Positions 18,854 to 28,853 are shown, counted from the first letter of the stretch. The stretch is 64,000 nucleotides of DNA from Dehalococcoidia bacterium (GCA_965262725.1 OZ253555.1:416001-480000), one strand, 5' to 3'. Numbers and translations: made by a program. Notes: generated by a model not told the origin, from the sequence alone.

Positions 18854-19323
18854 GCGGGAGCCTGCGGCGCCTCCACGAAGACGAGCGCGGGGCGGCGATG
18901 GTGCTGGTGGCGCTGTGGCTGGTGGCGCTGGTCACCGTCGCCGGGCTCGTCGTCGACGGCGGGATGCTGCTGGCGCAGCGCCGCGCGCTGCAGAACGTCG
19001 CCGACGCGGCGGCCGCGGCCGGCGCGATGCAGCTCGACGAGTCCCGTTACCGCGCCTCCGGCGGGTCGGAGGTCGTACTCGACCGTGCCGCGGCGCACGC
19101 GGCGGCCGCCGGCTACCTGGCGGCGGAGGACGGGCTCGCCTACACGGTGACGGCCGGCCGGGCGCGGGTTGCGGTCGATGTCGAGCGCCGGGCCCCGACC
19201 GCCTTCCTGCGCGTGATCGGCTTAGGCCACGTCAGCATCCGCGCCCGCGCCTCGGCCGAACCGCGGCACGGGGTCGTGCGGGCGGTGGGTGGTGGGGCAC
19301 CGGCCGAGGCGGCGGCGTCGTGA
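18850..19323 (+). CDS. TadG-like pseudopilin
   Basis: DERG/AAMV...GLVVDGG...LQNVADAAAAAGA. Confidence 0.85.
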   Translation: MSGSLRRLHEDERGAAMVLVALWLVALVTVAGLVVDGGMLLAQRRALQNVADAAAAAGAMQLDESRYRASGGSEVVLDRAAAHAAAAGYLAAEDGLAYTVTAGRARVAVDVERRAPTAFLRVIGLGHVSIRARASAEPRHGVVRAVGGGAPAEAAAS

Positions 19324-19919
19324 CCCGGGAGAGCCGCTTCGCGGTGCTCGCCTCGGCCGTGGTCGTGGCCGCGGCGCTCGCGGCCGTGCTGCTCGCCCCG
19401 GGCGGTGGCGACGGCGAGCAGCACGCGGGGGCGCCCGCCCGGGCGGCGCCGGTGGCCACGGTGCCACCGGCACCCTCGCCAACGGTCGTGCCCACGCCCA
19501 CGCCCACGGCCACGCCGGCGCCGGCGCCGGCTCCCTCCGTCGAGGAGAAGGTCGCGGCGGCCTACCTCGCGTACTGGGACGCCTACGCCCTGGCCGCCCT
19601 CTGGCTCGACGCCTCGCTCATGGAGGGCTTCGCCTCGGGGGAGGAGCTGCGGCGGATCCGCGATGAGGTCGCGGCACTGAGGGAGAGCGGCGTGGCGCTG
19701 CGGGTCGTGGTCGAGCACGACCTGCTCGTCGTCGTGACCTCCCCCGCCTCCGCGGTGGTCGTGGACCGGATCACGAACAGGAGCTTCTACGTCGACCCCG
19801 TCAGCAGGCAGCCGCCGCGGGCGGAGGGGGGCGGCGAGATGCTCCGCGACACGGTGTTCATGGAGAAGGCAGGTGAGAGATGGATCGCAACCGGCAGTCA
19901 GCGGGAAGGCCCGCGGTGA
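19320..19919 (+). CDS. Membrane-anchored protein with Pro/Thr linker and probable NTF2-like domain
   Basis: GTGA overlap, TM segment, PTPTPTATP linker, and VAAAYLAYW...GERW. Confidence 0.7.
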   Translation: MTRESRFAVLASAVVVAAALAAVLLAPGGGDGEQHAGAPARAAPVATVPPAPSPTVVPTPTPTATPAPAPAPSVEEKVAAAYLAYWDAYALAALWLDASLMEGFASGEELRRIRDEVAALRESGVALRVVVEHDLLVVVTSPASAVVVDRITNRSFYVDPVSRQPPRAEGGGEMLRDTVFMEKAGERWIATGSQREGPR

Positions 19920-20863
19920 TGCACCCGCGCGGAGCGGCCGCCGTGCTGTACCTGTTCGCCCTCATCGTCCTGGGCCTCGCGTGGGCGGGGGCCGGCACCG
20001 CCCACGGGGAGGTCGCGCCGGTTCCCGGCGAGGACGCCCGGCCGATGCCCGACCGGCCCGAGAGCACGGTCGAGATCAGCGTGGAGTCCGGACCCGACGG
20101 CGTCACGATCTATATAGAGAGCGAGACGGTGACTCCCGGGGACCCCGGCACGCCCGGCGTACCGGGCACGCCCGGCACCCCGGGCACGCCCGGTACGCCG
20201 GGGTCGGACGACCCTCCGAGCTGCACGGCCGCGCCCGTGAACGTCGGCGACAGCAGCACCGGCTGGGTGGCGGAGGGCCTGGAGGCCAACCCCGGCACCT
20301 TCCCCTGGGCCGCGACCTGCGACAACGGCTACTTCGGGATCGCCTGGGTGCCGACGGGAGGGGGCGCGCCCGACGTCGTCCTCGGCGAGCCGCCGATCCC
20401 CCCGGTCGACCCGGAGCTGGTCCGCGCGTCGGCCTTCCGCATCGTCGGGCTGCCGCAGGTGTCGGTCGGCGTGAACCCGTCGACGGGCCTCGTCGCGATG
20501 CCGGCGTGGTTCTGGGTCCGGGGCTACTCGGGCGGGACGCTGAGCGGATCGTCGGCGCTCGACCAGTCCATGGTGGAGGTCGAGATCACCCCGACCGGCT
20601 ACCGCTGGAGCTTCGGCGACGGCGCGTCGCTGTACACGCACTCGGTCGGTCGTGCGTACCCGGCCGAAAGCGACATCCGCCACCTCTACGAGCGCTCCTC
20701 GCACGGGGCCGGCGGCGCCTTCTCCGTGCGGCTCCGGATCACCTGGAGCGCCCGCTACTCAGAGAACGGCGGCCCCTGGCTGCCGCTCGCACCGATCTCT
20801 CTCACCTACACGCGCTCCTACCCGGTGCAGCAGCTGCAATCGGTGCTGACGGCGAACCGCTAG
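19919..20863 (+). CDS. Secreted Tad-associated protein with PKD-like C-terminus
   Basis: Signal/TM segment, GTP repeats, GLVAMPAWFWV and YRWSFGDG...HLYERSS. Confidence 0.75.
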   Translation: MHPRGAAAVLYLFALIVLGLAWAGAGTAHGEVAPVPGEDARPMPDRPESTVEISVESGPDGVTIYIESETVTPGDPGTPGVPGTPGTPGTPGTPGSDDPPSCTAAPVNVGDSSTGWVAEGLEANPGTFPWAATCDNGYFGIAWVPTGGGAPDVVLGEPPIPPVDPELVRASAFRIVGLPQVSVGVNPSTGLVAMPAWFWVRGYSGGTLSGSSALDQSMVEVEITPTGYRWSFGDGASLYTHSVGRAYPAESDIRHLYERSSHGAGGAFSVRLRITWSARYSENGGPWLPLAPISLTYTRSYPVQQLQSVLTANR

Positions 20864-20881
20864 CGGACGGGAGGGCGGCAG

Positions 20882-23800
20882 GTGGCCGGAGCGGTGAGGC
20901 GGCGGCGGAGCGGGGCGGGCCCCGGGCGGCGCGGGGACTCGGTCGGGACGCTCGGCCTGCTCGCCCTGCTCCTCGGGGGCGCGGCGCTGGGGTACGTGCT
21001 GCGGGAGCTCGCCGGCGGACCGCGGGCGCCGGACGGCGCGCACATCCGCGAGGTGCTCTCCGGCACGGAGCTCGCCGACTCCGACCTGGCCTCGGCCTCG
21101 GCTGCCCTCGCCTGGCTCGTGCTGGCGTACCTCGCGCTCAGCGTCGGGCTGAGGCTCGCGGCCCTGCTCGCGGGCCGGCTCAGCGGCGGGGCGCGGTGGG
21201 CGCGCACGGGCCTGCGCCTCAGCAACCTGGTCACGATCCCGGCCGTGCGCCGCCTCGTGGACGGGAGCGTCGGGGGCACGCTGCTCGCCGCGAGCTGGCT
21301 GCCGCTGCCCGCGCAGGTCGAGGGCGCGGGCCACGCGTATGCCGCCGCGGCGGCGGCGGCGGCGCCGCCGCCGCTCGTGGCGTGGGTGGACGCCCCGCCG
21401 CCTGCCGCCGAGGCCGCGCCCGAGGCGCCGCCGCCTCCGTGCGTCCTCTACACGGTCGCGCCCGGCGACGACCTGTGGGAGATCGCGCGGCGCTGCTACG
21501 GGGACGGCAGCCGCTTCGTCGAGATCTTCGAGGCGAGCCGCGGCCTGCAGGTGGCAGGCGGCGAACGCTTCAGCGACCCGCGGGTCATCCGCCCCGGCTG
21601 GGTGCTGCGCGTGCCGATGCCCGCGCCGAGCGTCGACGCCGAAGGCGACGTCACGACCTACCGCGTCCGACGCGGCGACCACCTCTGGGGGATCGCCGAG
21701 CGCTTCCTCGGGGACGGCTTCCGCTGGGTCGAGATCTGGGAGCGCAACAGCGGACGCGAGGTGGAAGCGGGCTCCCGGCTCACCGACCCGAACCAGATCT
21801 ACCCGGGATGGCTGCTGGAGCTGCCGCTCCGGGACGGCGCGGCGATCCTGCGGGCAGAGGCTCAGGGCCCGGCAGCACCCCCCGCGCCCCTCCCGGTGGA
21901 GAGTGCGGTCCAGCCGGACTTGGCTGACTACCTGGATGGTGCTGCTGTCGGGGCCGGCACCGCAGCATCCGAGGGCGCCGCCGAGGACGCCGATGCAGAC
22001 GCCGCGCGCGGCGGTGGCTGGGACTGGGAATGGCCGCGGCTGCCGCGAACGGTCACCTGGAGCGCCGCGGGCTTCGTGGCGATCGGCGGCACGGCCATCT
22101 TCGTGCAGCGGCTGCACCGCGCAGGCTCGCTGCGGCTCCGCTTTGGCGCGGGCCGCGGCGGGGACGGTCCGGGCGACGCCGGCCGCGTGGCGCTCGCCAC
22201 CGGGGCGCTCGCGACGGCGCTCGCGGACCTGGGCTTCGCCGGCTCGATGCCGCTGCTCGTGATCGAAGGGGGCGCGGGGCTTCAGTTCACGGTGGCGTGC
22301 CCGCCCGGCGATGCCGGCGCCCTGCTCGCGGCGCGCCACGACCTCGAGCGGCGCCTGGGCTGCGATGTCGAGGCGGCGCCGGAGGGATCCGCGCGCGTCG
22401 CGCTGACGCTGCCCGGGTCCGGGCGGCCTCCGGGCGCGCGCGCGGGGGCTCCGGACGCGCCTCCGGCGCTCGTCGTGCCGGTCGGCGCGAACGATGCGGG
22501 CGTCGTCTACCTCAACCTCGCGGCCGCGGGCAGCGTGACCGTGGCCGGCACCGCCGGGGAGCGGCGGGCGCTGCTGCGCTCGTGGGTCGCGACGCTCCAG
22601 ACGACCCGCACCCCGAACGAGCTCTCATTCCGCGTGGACGCAGACGCCGCCCGGCTGCTCGATGCGGATGCGGGTCTCCTCTACTTCGGCGCAGCCGGGG
22701 CCGGCGGCGCCGCGGACCTGGCGGAGGAGCTCGATGAGATCATCCGGAGCCGGAGCCCGGGTGACGGGGTGAGCCGGCCGCTCGTCGCCGTCTTCGACCT
22801 GGCCGGGGGCGGCGGCGACGTGCCCGCCGGGGCGGTGCGCTACGGGCCGGCGGCCGGGGTCTTCGTGATCCGCTGCCTGCCGCCGGGCGAACCCGCGGAC
22901 GGCCTCGAAGGCCCCGGAGCGCTGGTCGCCTTCGGCGCCGCGGGAGACGGAGCGGACGGGGACGCGGACCCCGTCCCGCCCGGCGCGATCGCGCTGAGGA
23001 CCGGCCGGGACGAGCCGCTGCTGCTCGAGCCGGTGCACGTGCGGCGGGATACGTCGGCCAGGTGGAGCGAGAGCGCGGACCCGGCGGAGCCGGCAGAGGT
23101 GCTCGGCCGGATGGCCGGAGATCTGCCGCCTCCCGGGGAGGCGGACGCGCGCACCTCGGCCGACGGACGACCGCGGAGCGGCGACGATCGCGGGGGCGAT
23201 GCCGCCGGTGTGGGCGCCGCCCTCGCGCACCCGGTCGTGCCCCCGGTCGTGCCCCACGACCCGCCCGGGTTCGCGGCACGCGGCGGCGGCGGGCGAGACG
23301 CCGTGACCTCTGCGCCCGTCCGACCGGGCGGCGAGCCGGATCTGGATCTGGATCTGCCCGAGCCCGTGCCCGCGGCCCCGCAGGATGCCGGGTGCGAGGA
23401 CGGTCGAGTGCGGTCGGCGGCCCCCCCGGAGCAGCCCGGCGGGGAGGTCGCGGCGCAGCCCGGCGCGGCGCCCGCGGGCGCGACCCCCTCCAGCGGATCC
23501 CCGCCGGAACACGGCCCGGCGACGACGCCGGAGCCGCAGCCGGCGGCGGCGGGCGCGGGCGCGACCCCCTCCAGCGGATCCCCGCCGGAACACGGCCCGG
23601 CGACGACGCCGGAGCCGCAGCCCGGCGCGGCGGCCGCGGGCGCGACCCCCTCCAGCGGATCCCCGCCGGAACACGGCCCGGCGACGACGCCGGAGCCGCA
23701 GCCGGCGGCGGCGGGCGCGGGCGCGACCCCCTCCAGCGGATCCCCGCCGGAACACGGCCCGGCGACGCCGCCGGAGCCGCAGCCCGGCGCGGCGGCCGCG

Positions 23801-24832
23801 GGCGCGATCCCCTCCGGCGGCTTCCCGCAGGCACACGGCCCGGCGACGCCGCCGGAGCCGCAGCCCGGCGCGGCGGCCGCGGGCGCGATCCCCTCCGGCG
23901 GCTCCCCGCAGGCACACGGCCCGGCGACGCCGCCGGAGCCGCAGCCCGGCGCGGCGGGCGCGGGCGGTGCGGGCCGGTCCGCGCCGGCGATCCGCCAGTC
24001 GGCGCTGCTCACTCACACCGACCTCTCCCCGGCGGCGGAGGATGGCCCGCCCGCCGCGCAGGCGGTCTTCACGGTGCGGTGCCTCGGCCCCTTCGAGCTG
24101 CGGTTCGGAACCACCCCCGTCGCGGGCTGGCCCGTCACGAAGTCCCGCGAGCTGCTCGCGTTCCTCGCCACGCAGGGCGGAAGGCCCGTGCCGCGCGAGT
24201 CCGTCGCCGAGGCGCTGTGGCCGGACTACCCCTGGGACGCGAGCCTCCGGCACACCATCGCGAATGCCGTGAGCAGCCTGCGGGGGGTCGTGCGGTCCGC
24301 GGCGGGCAGCGACGAGCTGCAGCCGGTCGTCACCGCCCGCCAGCGATACGAGCTCCAGACCGCCCTCTTCCGCATCGACCTCGACGAGTTCGAATCGGCG
24401 CTCAGGCGCGCGGCCGCGCTCCCCGATGTGGACGCGCTCGCGGAGTACGAGCGCGCCGCGGCGCTCTGCCGGGGAGACTTCCTTGAGGGGGAACCGTTCC
24501 CGTGGCTCGACGCCTACCGGGCCGACTACCGCCGGCGAGTGTCCGACGGGGCGAGCCGCGGCGCGGCGATCGCCGAACGGCTCGGGGAGCGGGAGCGGGC
24601 GTCGCTCCTCTACCGGGTGGTCCTGGCGCAGGAGCCGACCGACGAGGCGGCCGCGCGGGGACTGATGCGCCATCTCGCGGCGGCCCGGGACGCCAACGGG
24701 GTCCGCAAGGTCTTCAAGGTGCTGTCCGAGGCGTTGAAACGGGAGCTGGACGACCCGCTGGCGGCGCCCGGGCAGGAGACGCGGGAGCTGCTCGCCGCGC
24801 TCCTCGCCCGGGCGCCGGGAGCGGTGGTGTGA
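20882..24832 (+). CDS. LysM x2 - TM - degenerate P-loop-like domain - repeats - SARP wHTH/BTAD fusion protein (1316 aa)
   Basis: LysM motifs YTVAPGDDLWEIA...IRPGWVLRVP and YRVRRGDHLWGIA...IYPGWLLELP, a TM segment, and C-terminal VRCLGPF...RELLAFLA...ALWP...EPTDEAAARGLM. Confidence 0.88.
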   Translation: MAGAVRRRRSGAGPGRRGDSVGTLGLLALLLGGAALGYVLRELAGGPRAPDGAHIREVLSGTELADSDLASASAALAWLVLAYLALSVGLRLAALLAGRLSGGARWARTGLRLSNLVTIPAVRRLVDGSVGGTLLAASWLPLPAQVEGAGHAYAAAAAAAAPPPLVAWVDAPPPAAEAAPEAPPPPCVLYTVAPGDDLWEIARRCYGDGSRFVEIFEASRGLQVAGGERFSDPRVIRPGWVLRVPMPAPSVDAEGDVTTYRVRRGDHLWGIAERFLGDGFRWVEIWERNSGREVEAGSRLTDPNQIYPGWLLELPLRDGAAILRAEAQGPAAPPAPLPVESAVQPDLADYLDGAAVGAGTAASEGAAEDADADAARGGGWDWEWPRLPRTVTWSAAGFVAIGGTAIFVQRLHRAGSLRLRFGAGRGGDGPGDAGRVALATGALATALADLGFAGSMPLLVIEGGAGLQFTVACPPGDAGALLAARHDLERRLGCDVEAAPEGSARVALTLPGSGRPPGARAGAPDAPPALVVPVGANDAGVVYLNLAAAGSVTVAGTAGERRALLRSWVATLQTTRTPNELSFRVDADAARLLDADAGLLYFGAAGAGGAADLAEELDEIIRSRSPGDGVSRPLVAVFDLAGGGGDVPAGAVRYGPAAGVFVIRCLPPGEPADGLEGPGALVAFGAAGDGADGDADPVPPGAIALRTGRDEPLLLEPVHVRRDTSARWSESADPAEPAEVLGRMAGDLPPPGEADARTSADGRPRSGDDRGGDAAGVGAALAHPVVPPVVPHDPPGFAARGGGGRDAVTSAPVRPGGEPDLDLDLPEPVPAAPQDAGCEDGRVRSAAPPEQPGGEVAAQPGAAPAGATPSSGSPPEHGPATTPEPQPAAAGAGATPSSGSPPEHGPATTPEPQPGAAAAGATPSSGSPPEHGPATTPEPQPAAAGAGATPSSGSPPEHGPATPPEPQPGAAAAGAIPSGGFPQAHGPATPPEPQPGAAAAGAIPSGGSPQAHGPATPPEPQPGAAGAGGAGRSAPAIRQSALLTHTDLSPAAEDGPPAAQAVFTVRCLGPFELRFGTTPVAGWPVTKSRELLAFLATQGGRPVPRESVAEALWPDYPWDASLRHTIANAVSSLRGVVRSAAGSDELQPVVTARQRYELQTALFRIDLDEFESALRRAAALPDVDALAEYERAAALCRGDFLEGEPFPWLDAYRADYRRRVSDGASRGAAIAERLGERERASLLYRVVLAQEPTDEAAARGLMRHLAAARDANGVRKVFKVLSEALKRELDDPLAAPGQETRELLAALLARAPGAVV
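23455..23965. repeat. 81-bp in-frame tandem repeat, 6 copies plus a partial copy (27 aa unit QPxAAxAGATPSSGSPPEHGPATTPEP)
   Basis: Units start at 23455, 23536, 23617, 23698, 23779, 23860 and 23941. Confidence 0.95.
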
Positions 24833-25386
24833 CGGGGCGTATCGCCGGCGTGCGGCGCGCGTGGCTGGTGAGGGCCCGGGAGCCGCGGGCAGCGTACCCG
24901 GCGCTCGCGGGAGCGGCTCTCGTGGTCGGGGCGGTCCTCGCGCTGCGCGGGCGGGAGCCGGCGGAGATCGTCCTGGGTTCGGGCTTCGGTGCCTGCTTCC
25001 TGGCGCTGGCCTGGTCGGACCTCCGGCGCCGCGTCCTCCCGAACCGGCTCGTCTACCCGGCGCTGGTCCTGGCGATCGCCGTCTCCGGCGCCTGGCCCGA
25101 CCGCGGGGTGGTCGAGGCGCTCACCGGCGGGCTCGGCGCGCTCGTCGTCGCGATCGCCATCCGCGGACTGAGCGGGGGCGGCCTCGGCGGCGGGGACGTG
25201 AAGATGGTTGCGCTTGTTGGGGCGGTCGTGGGCTACCCGGGCGTGCTGTCGGCCGGATTCTGGGCCGCGCTCGCGGGAGGCGTGACGGCCGCGGTGCTGC
25301 TGGTCACGCGGCGAGCCGGACGCGGTGACCGCGTGCCCTACGGGCCGTTCATCGCGCTCGGCGCGGTTGCGGCGCTGCTGGGCTGA
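24829..25386 (+). CDS. Prepilin peptidase (A24 family, TadV/CpaA-like)
   Basis: SDLRRRVLPN, LGGGDVKM and VPYGPFIALG. Confidence 0.92.
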   Translation: MTGRIAGVRRAWLVRAREPRAAYPALAGAALVVGAVLALRGREPAEIVLGSGFGACFLALAWSDLRRRVLPNRLVYPALVLAIAVSGAWPDRGVVEALTGGLGALVVAIAIRGLSGGGLGGGDVKMVALVGAVVGYPGVLSAGFWAALAGGVTAAVLLVTRRAGRGDRVPYGPFIALGAVAALLG

Positions 25387-25672
25387 TGGTGCCCGTAGGC
25401 ATCAGCGAACGGTCGCGGAGATGGTGTGACCCACCCCGACTTGCCTCTCTGCATGGCCACGCGGATCGGAGTCGGGTCGGATGGGCGCGAAGTCGTTCGA
25501 GCCTTGTGTGGTGGGCCTGAGCGTACTGTACTGCGAACTTTTCGGTGGGAATTTCTGATATAGGGAGCAGGTCGAAAGACGCCGCTTAGGCCCCACGAGC
25601 CTCCGGCCCGCTAGGGTGGAGGCTCTTCTATCCCCATCGCGGGCGGCGCCGCCGCACCCCACCCGGCGGGCA

Positions 25673-26061
25673 CTACTCGGGCTTGGCCGGATTGCTGGAG
25701 TCGATGTCCGAGCATCCGTCACTATTGCAGGCGACCACCCAGTAGTTATTTTTGTTCGCATCCGGGTTTGTGTGCACGTATGTCGTTCCAACTACGTTCG
25801 TAGCCAGCTCTTCGCAGAGGAGCACCCGATCCTTCGCAATTGAGAGTATACAAGAATCGTGGAAAGCGGAATAGTATACGTTGTAGTAGTCCGCGCCATC
25901 CACCGCGTCCCAACTGACGCGTATCGCCGAATTCTCCCGGGTCCACCGCTCATTCGCGTCTTGCCCGCGCCGTTACGGCCGATCAGCAGGGCGAAGTCCG
26001 GGAGGTCCACGGTCGTGAGCGTCTCAATGGCCTGGTATGACTGAGGAAGGTCGATTCTCAT
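25673..26061 (-). pseudogene. Fused remnants: N-terminus of an AAA/ABC-type ATPase and an FN3-like fragment
   Basis: LLIGRNGAGKTR (Walker A) stops abruptly, followed by GADYYNVYY...YWVVACNSDGCS. GC content is lower here. Confidence 0.6.
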
Positions 26062-26063
26062 GC

Positions 26064-26432
26064 TCAGCGGGCCTCGATGACGACGCGTCCGCCGCTCTCT
26101 ACTTCCACATGAAGGTCGTAACCGGCGAGCAGCCGCATACCAACGAGTGGCGTGGTCTCGGCGGCGTCCACCTCGACATTTCTGGCCTGACCATCCCAGC
26201 CAACAGTGACCATGTGGATGTCGAAGCTGACTGCGCTGCCGTCGGCTAAGGTCGCCTCGCCGCTGGTGACGAAGGGGAGGCCGAGTTCGCCCACAAGCAC
26301 GGGCGGCAGCGTCAGGAACCCGTTATAGCCCGTGTCGACCACGGCTTCGATTTCGCGTGCGTGACCCTCCGGGCCTTGTACGGTGAGGATCAGTGCTGCC
26401 TCGTAGGCAGCATTCACCGTGCCCTCGATCAC
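26064..26432 (-). CDS. Clan AA (retropepsin-like) aspartic protease
   Basis: EAVVDTGYNGFLTLP...LADGS...PLVGMRLL. Confidence 0.88.
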   Translation of the reverse strand: MIEGTVNAAYEAALILTVQGPEGHAREIEAVVDTGYNGFLTLPPVLVGELGLPFVTSGEATLADGSAVSFDIHMVTVGWDGQARNVEVDAAETTPLVGMRLLAGYDLHVEVESGGRVVIEAR

Positions 26433-26698
26433 TCAACTCTCCGCAGGGGCCGACCCCCAAAATGACGCAGCGCCCGGTGACCTACCCGGACGCTCCACAC
26501 GTCGACAACGTCGGGGTACCTCGACCGGAGATCGCTGGCGGCCGCGAGTAGATCCTCTGCGACGGCCCAGCAGCCGCTGTTGACGTCGATGGCGACATAC
26601 TCGCCGTCGTGGTCGACCTCGACCTGGGCGCGGATGTCGCGCTCGTAGATGGCCTCTCCCAGTCGGGCGGTCTCCTCGGTGGGTCGGCGTACGGTCAT
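26429..26698 (-). CDS. Small protein coupled to the aspartic protease (DUF5678-like)
   Basis: GEAIYERDIR...GEYVAIDVNSG...VRVG; overlaps the protease start. Confidence 0.75.
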   Translation of the reverse strand: MTVRRPTEETARLGEAIYERDIRAQVEVDHDGEYVAIDVNSGCWAVAEDLLAAASDLRSRYPDVVDVWSVRVGHRALRHFGGRPLRRVE

Positions 26699-26989
26699 GG
26701 CGCTCTCCCGCAAGCGGAGCGGTGTCACAATGAGGATAGCGCCCCGAGCAATCCCATCCAACGCCGGTGTGACGCACCGCCCCGGGGTCTCGCGTCGCTA
26801 GGCGGTGGTGCTCAGGCACGACGAAAGCCCGCACACATGGCCGGGTAGGAGGCACCGCCCCAATCAGCGATGCTCCCGCGTCCGCCTAGCGGGCCGCTCC
26901 TGCGAGCGCCGCCGGTCTGCTCACATTCGAGCGCCCACTCGAAGGGAGAGCGTGGGCGTCGCGCCGTTTCCGGCGCTCGGGTCGGGCGA

Positions 26990-27312
26990 ATCCCCGGCCA
27001 TGAACTCGGGCCACGAGAACAGCGCCCGCTACCTCTCCCCGCCTTCGTCGCGGCAATCGTCCGCGCGGGCGATCAACCGCAACGAGCGGCTCGGGCGAGG
27101 CCCAGCCCTCATCGACCAACAGCCCCTCCGGCCCCGGCCGCAACCTGCCGGGGCTGGGGAAGACCGGCTCGACCGAGTCCCCCTCTTCGTCGCCCGCCGA
27201 CGATCTCTCGGGCGAGCGCGAGCATCACGTCGTCGCCGTCGTCGCCGTCGTCTCCGGAGACGGCAAGCCCGTCTGCCGGCACCTCACCCTCGACCGCGAG
27301 GGCACTCTGCAA
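26990..27312 (-). pseudogene. Degenerate C-terminal remnant of an element gene (acidic 'LMLALA..IV' / 'LFSW.EFM' tail)
   Basis: Frameshifted segments QSALAVEGEVPADGL...DDVMLALAREIV, LLVDEGW and LFSWPEFM. Similar to 30460-30605 in inverted orientation. Confidence 0.6.
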
Positions 27313-27357
27313 GCGCGCGGGACGCGATGGGCGAGCTGACGTAGGGAAAGACGATGC

Positions 27358-28853
27358 TCAACCGAACGCGCGAACCGGGGGTCCGCCCGCGGGAGCGGGC
27401 CAGGCGTGCCCGAGCGGGCCCTCCCGTTCGATGAGGGCGCGGTGCGAGACCCGCAGGGGCAGCTCGACGCGGGCGCGGGCGATCTCCTTGCGCGCGACGC
27501 GCAGGAAGTGGTCCGCCGCGATCTCATCCTCGAAGACCACGAGCACGGCCGGGCGCGCGCCGTGGTCGTCGGTGGGGCGGTGGGAGGCGTAGTAGCGCAG
27601 GTAGGGGGCGAGGCGGGCGGCCATCGTGGAGGGCCTGACGGCGCGGCGCTCCCACTCGAGGAAGAACGCCCACGGCTTCCCCTCGCGGCGCAGGACGCCG
27701 AAGGCGTCGGGGTGGACGGAGTGCAGGACGCCGCCGTGGCGGAAGTAGCGTGACGCGCGGTGCGGCGGGTCGAGCTGCGCCACCTCCCAGCCCTCGTTTC
27801 GCGCCTGCCGGGTCAGCGCCGCCACGAAGCCGTGCACGGCGGCGCTGTGGTCGATGGTGCGCAGGAGCTGGCGGCTGCGCCTGCCGGCGACGTTGCGCCA
27901 GCTGAGCGGCGCCTCCGGGTCGAGCGGCCGGGCGCTCCAGCGCCGCAGGGCGAGGTTGGCGGCGGAGCGGTCGCGGCGCGCAAGCAACGCCAGCCCGCGG
28001 TCCTGCAGGACGAGCCGGCCCGCGACGCGAGCGACGAGCGACGCCTCCTGGAGCGGATGCAGGAGCTGCGAGACCTGCCGGGCGGAGACGCCCAGCAGCG
28101 CCCGCAGGTCGCAAGCGGCTCCTCCTCCGGCCACGCGCCCCGCCGCGCGACGTGCGCGAGGACTTCCCGGAGCGAGAGGAGCGGCGAGCCGGAGGCCGTG
28201 CGCCAGATGCGGGCGCTGGTCCCGGACGTGGCCGCATCGCCCTCCAGCGCGAGGAAGGCGGGTACGGACGCCTGGGCCATCAGCCGCGCCGTGTGGCGCA
28301 GCCGCACCGCGTCGGGGACGAGCAGCAGGCAGGCGCCCGGGCGCGGCCCCTCGCGCAGCCGCCAGAGGCGCTTGGCGAAGGAGGTGCGGTCGGCGGTCTG
28401 CCCCTCCCTGACCACGAACAGCCTCCGCCCGCCGGGGAGCGCGAGCGCGGCGTCCATCGGCATCGCCCGGTACCAGCGGAAGCGCAGCGGCCAGGCGGCG
28501 TCGGTGATCGCCGCGGCGAGCCGGTAGATGGAGGCCACGCCTTCGAGGCGCTCCAGCAGGAGCCGCCGCCAGTGCGCCGTGAGCGGCCGCGAGCGCAGCA
28601 GCTCGCCCAGGCCGGCGCCCTCCTCGGCGGCGAGGCGGCGCAGCCCGGCCGTCGTGAGCTGGTAGCGCTGCGTGGACGCGAGCAGCTCCGATGCGTGGGC
28701 GTGGGGGAGGGGGGCGACGAGCCCCGCAGCCTCCAGCGCCGCGCAGGCCGCGTAGACCGCCCCCCGCGACCAGCCGGAGAGGGCGGCCGCCTCCAGCCGG
28801 TCGAGGAAGGGCATCTCCCCGAGCAGCCGCAGCAGGTCGCGCTCGGCCGTCAC
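27358..28853 (-). pseudogene. Replication-relaxation (MOB_C-like) protein, frameshifted near 28110
   Basis: N-terminal MPFLDRLE...YQLT, then in another frame HSAAVHGF...VHPDAFG...FFLEWERRA...LAPYLRYY. Confidence 0.8.

Noticed and set aside
23455-23965. Possible CRISPR or DGR-type repeat
   Set aside because: It is an in-frame coding tandem repeat with no spacers, no A-specific variation and no reverse transcriptase nearby.
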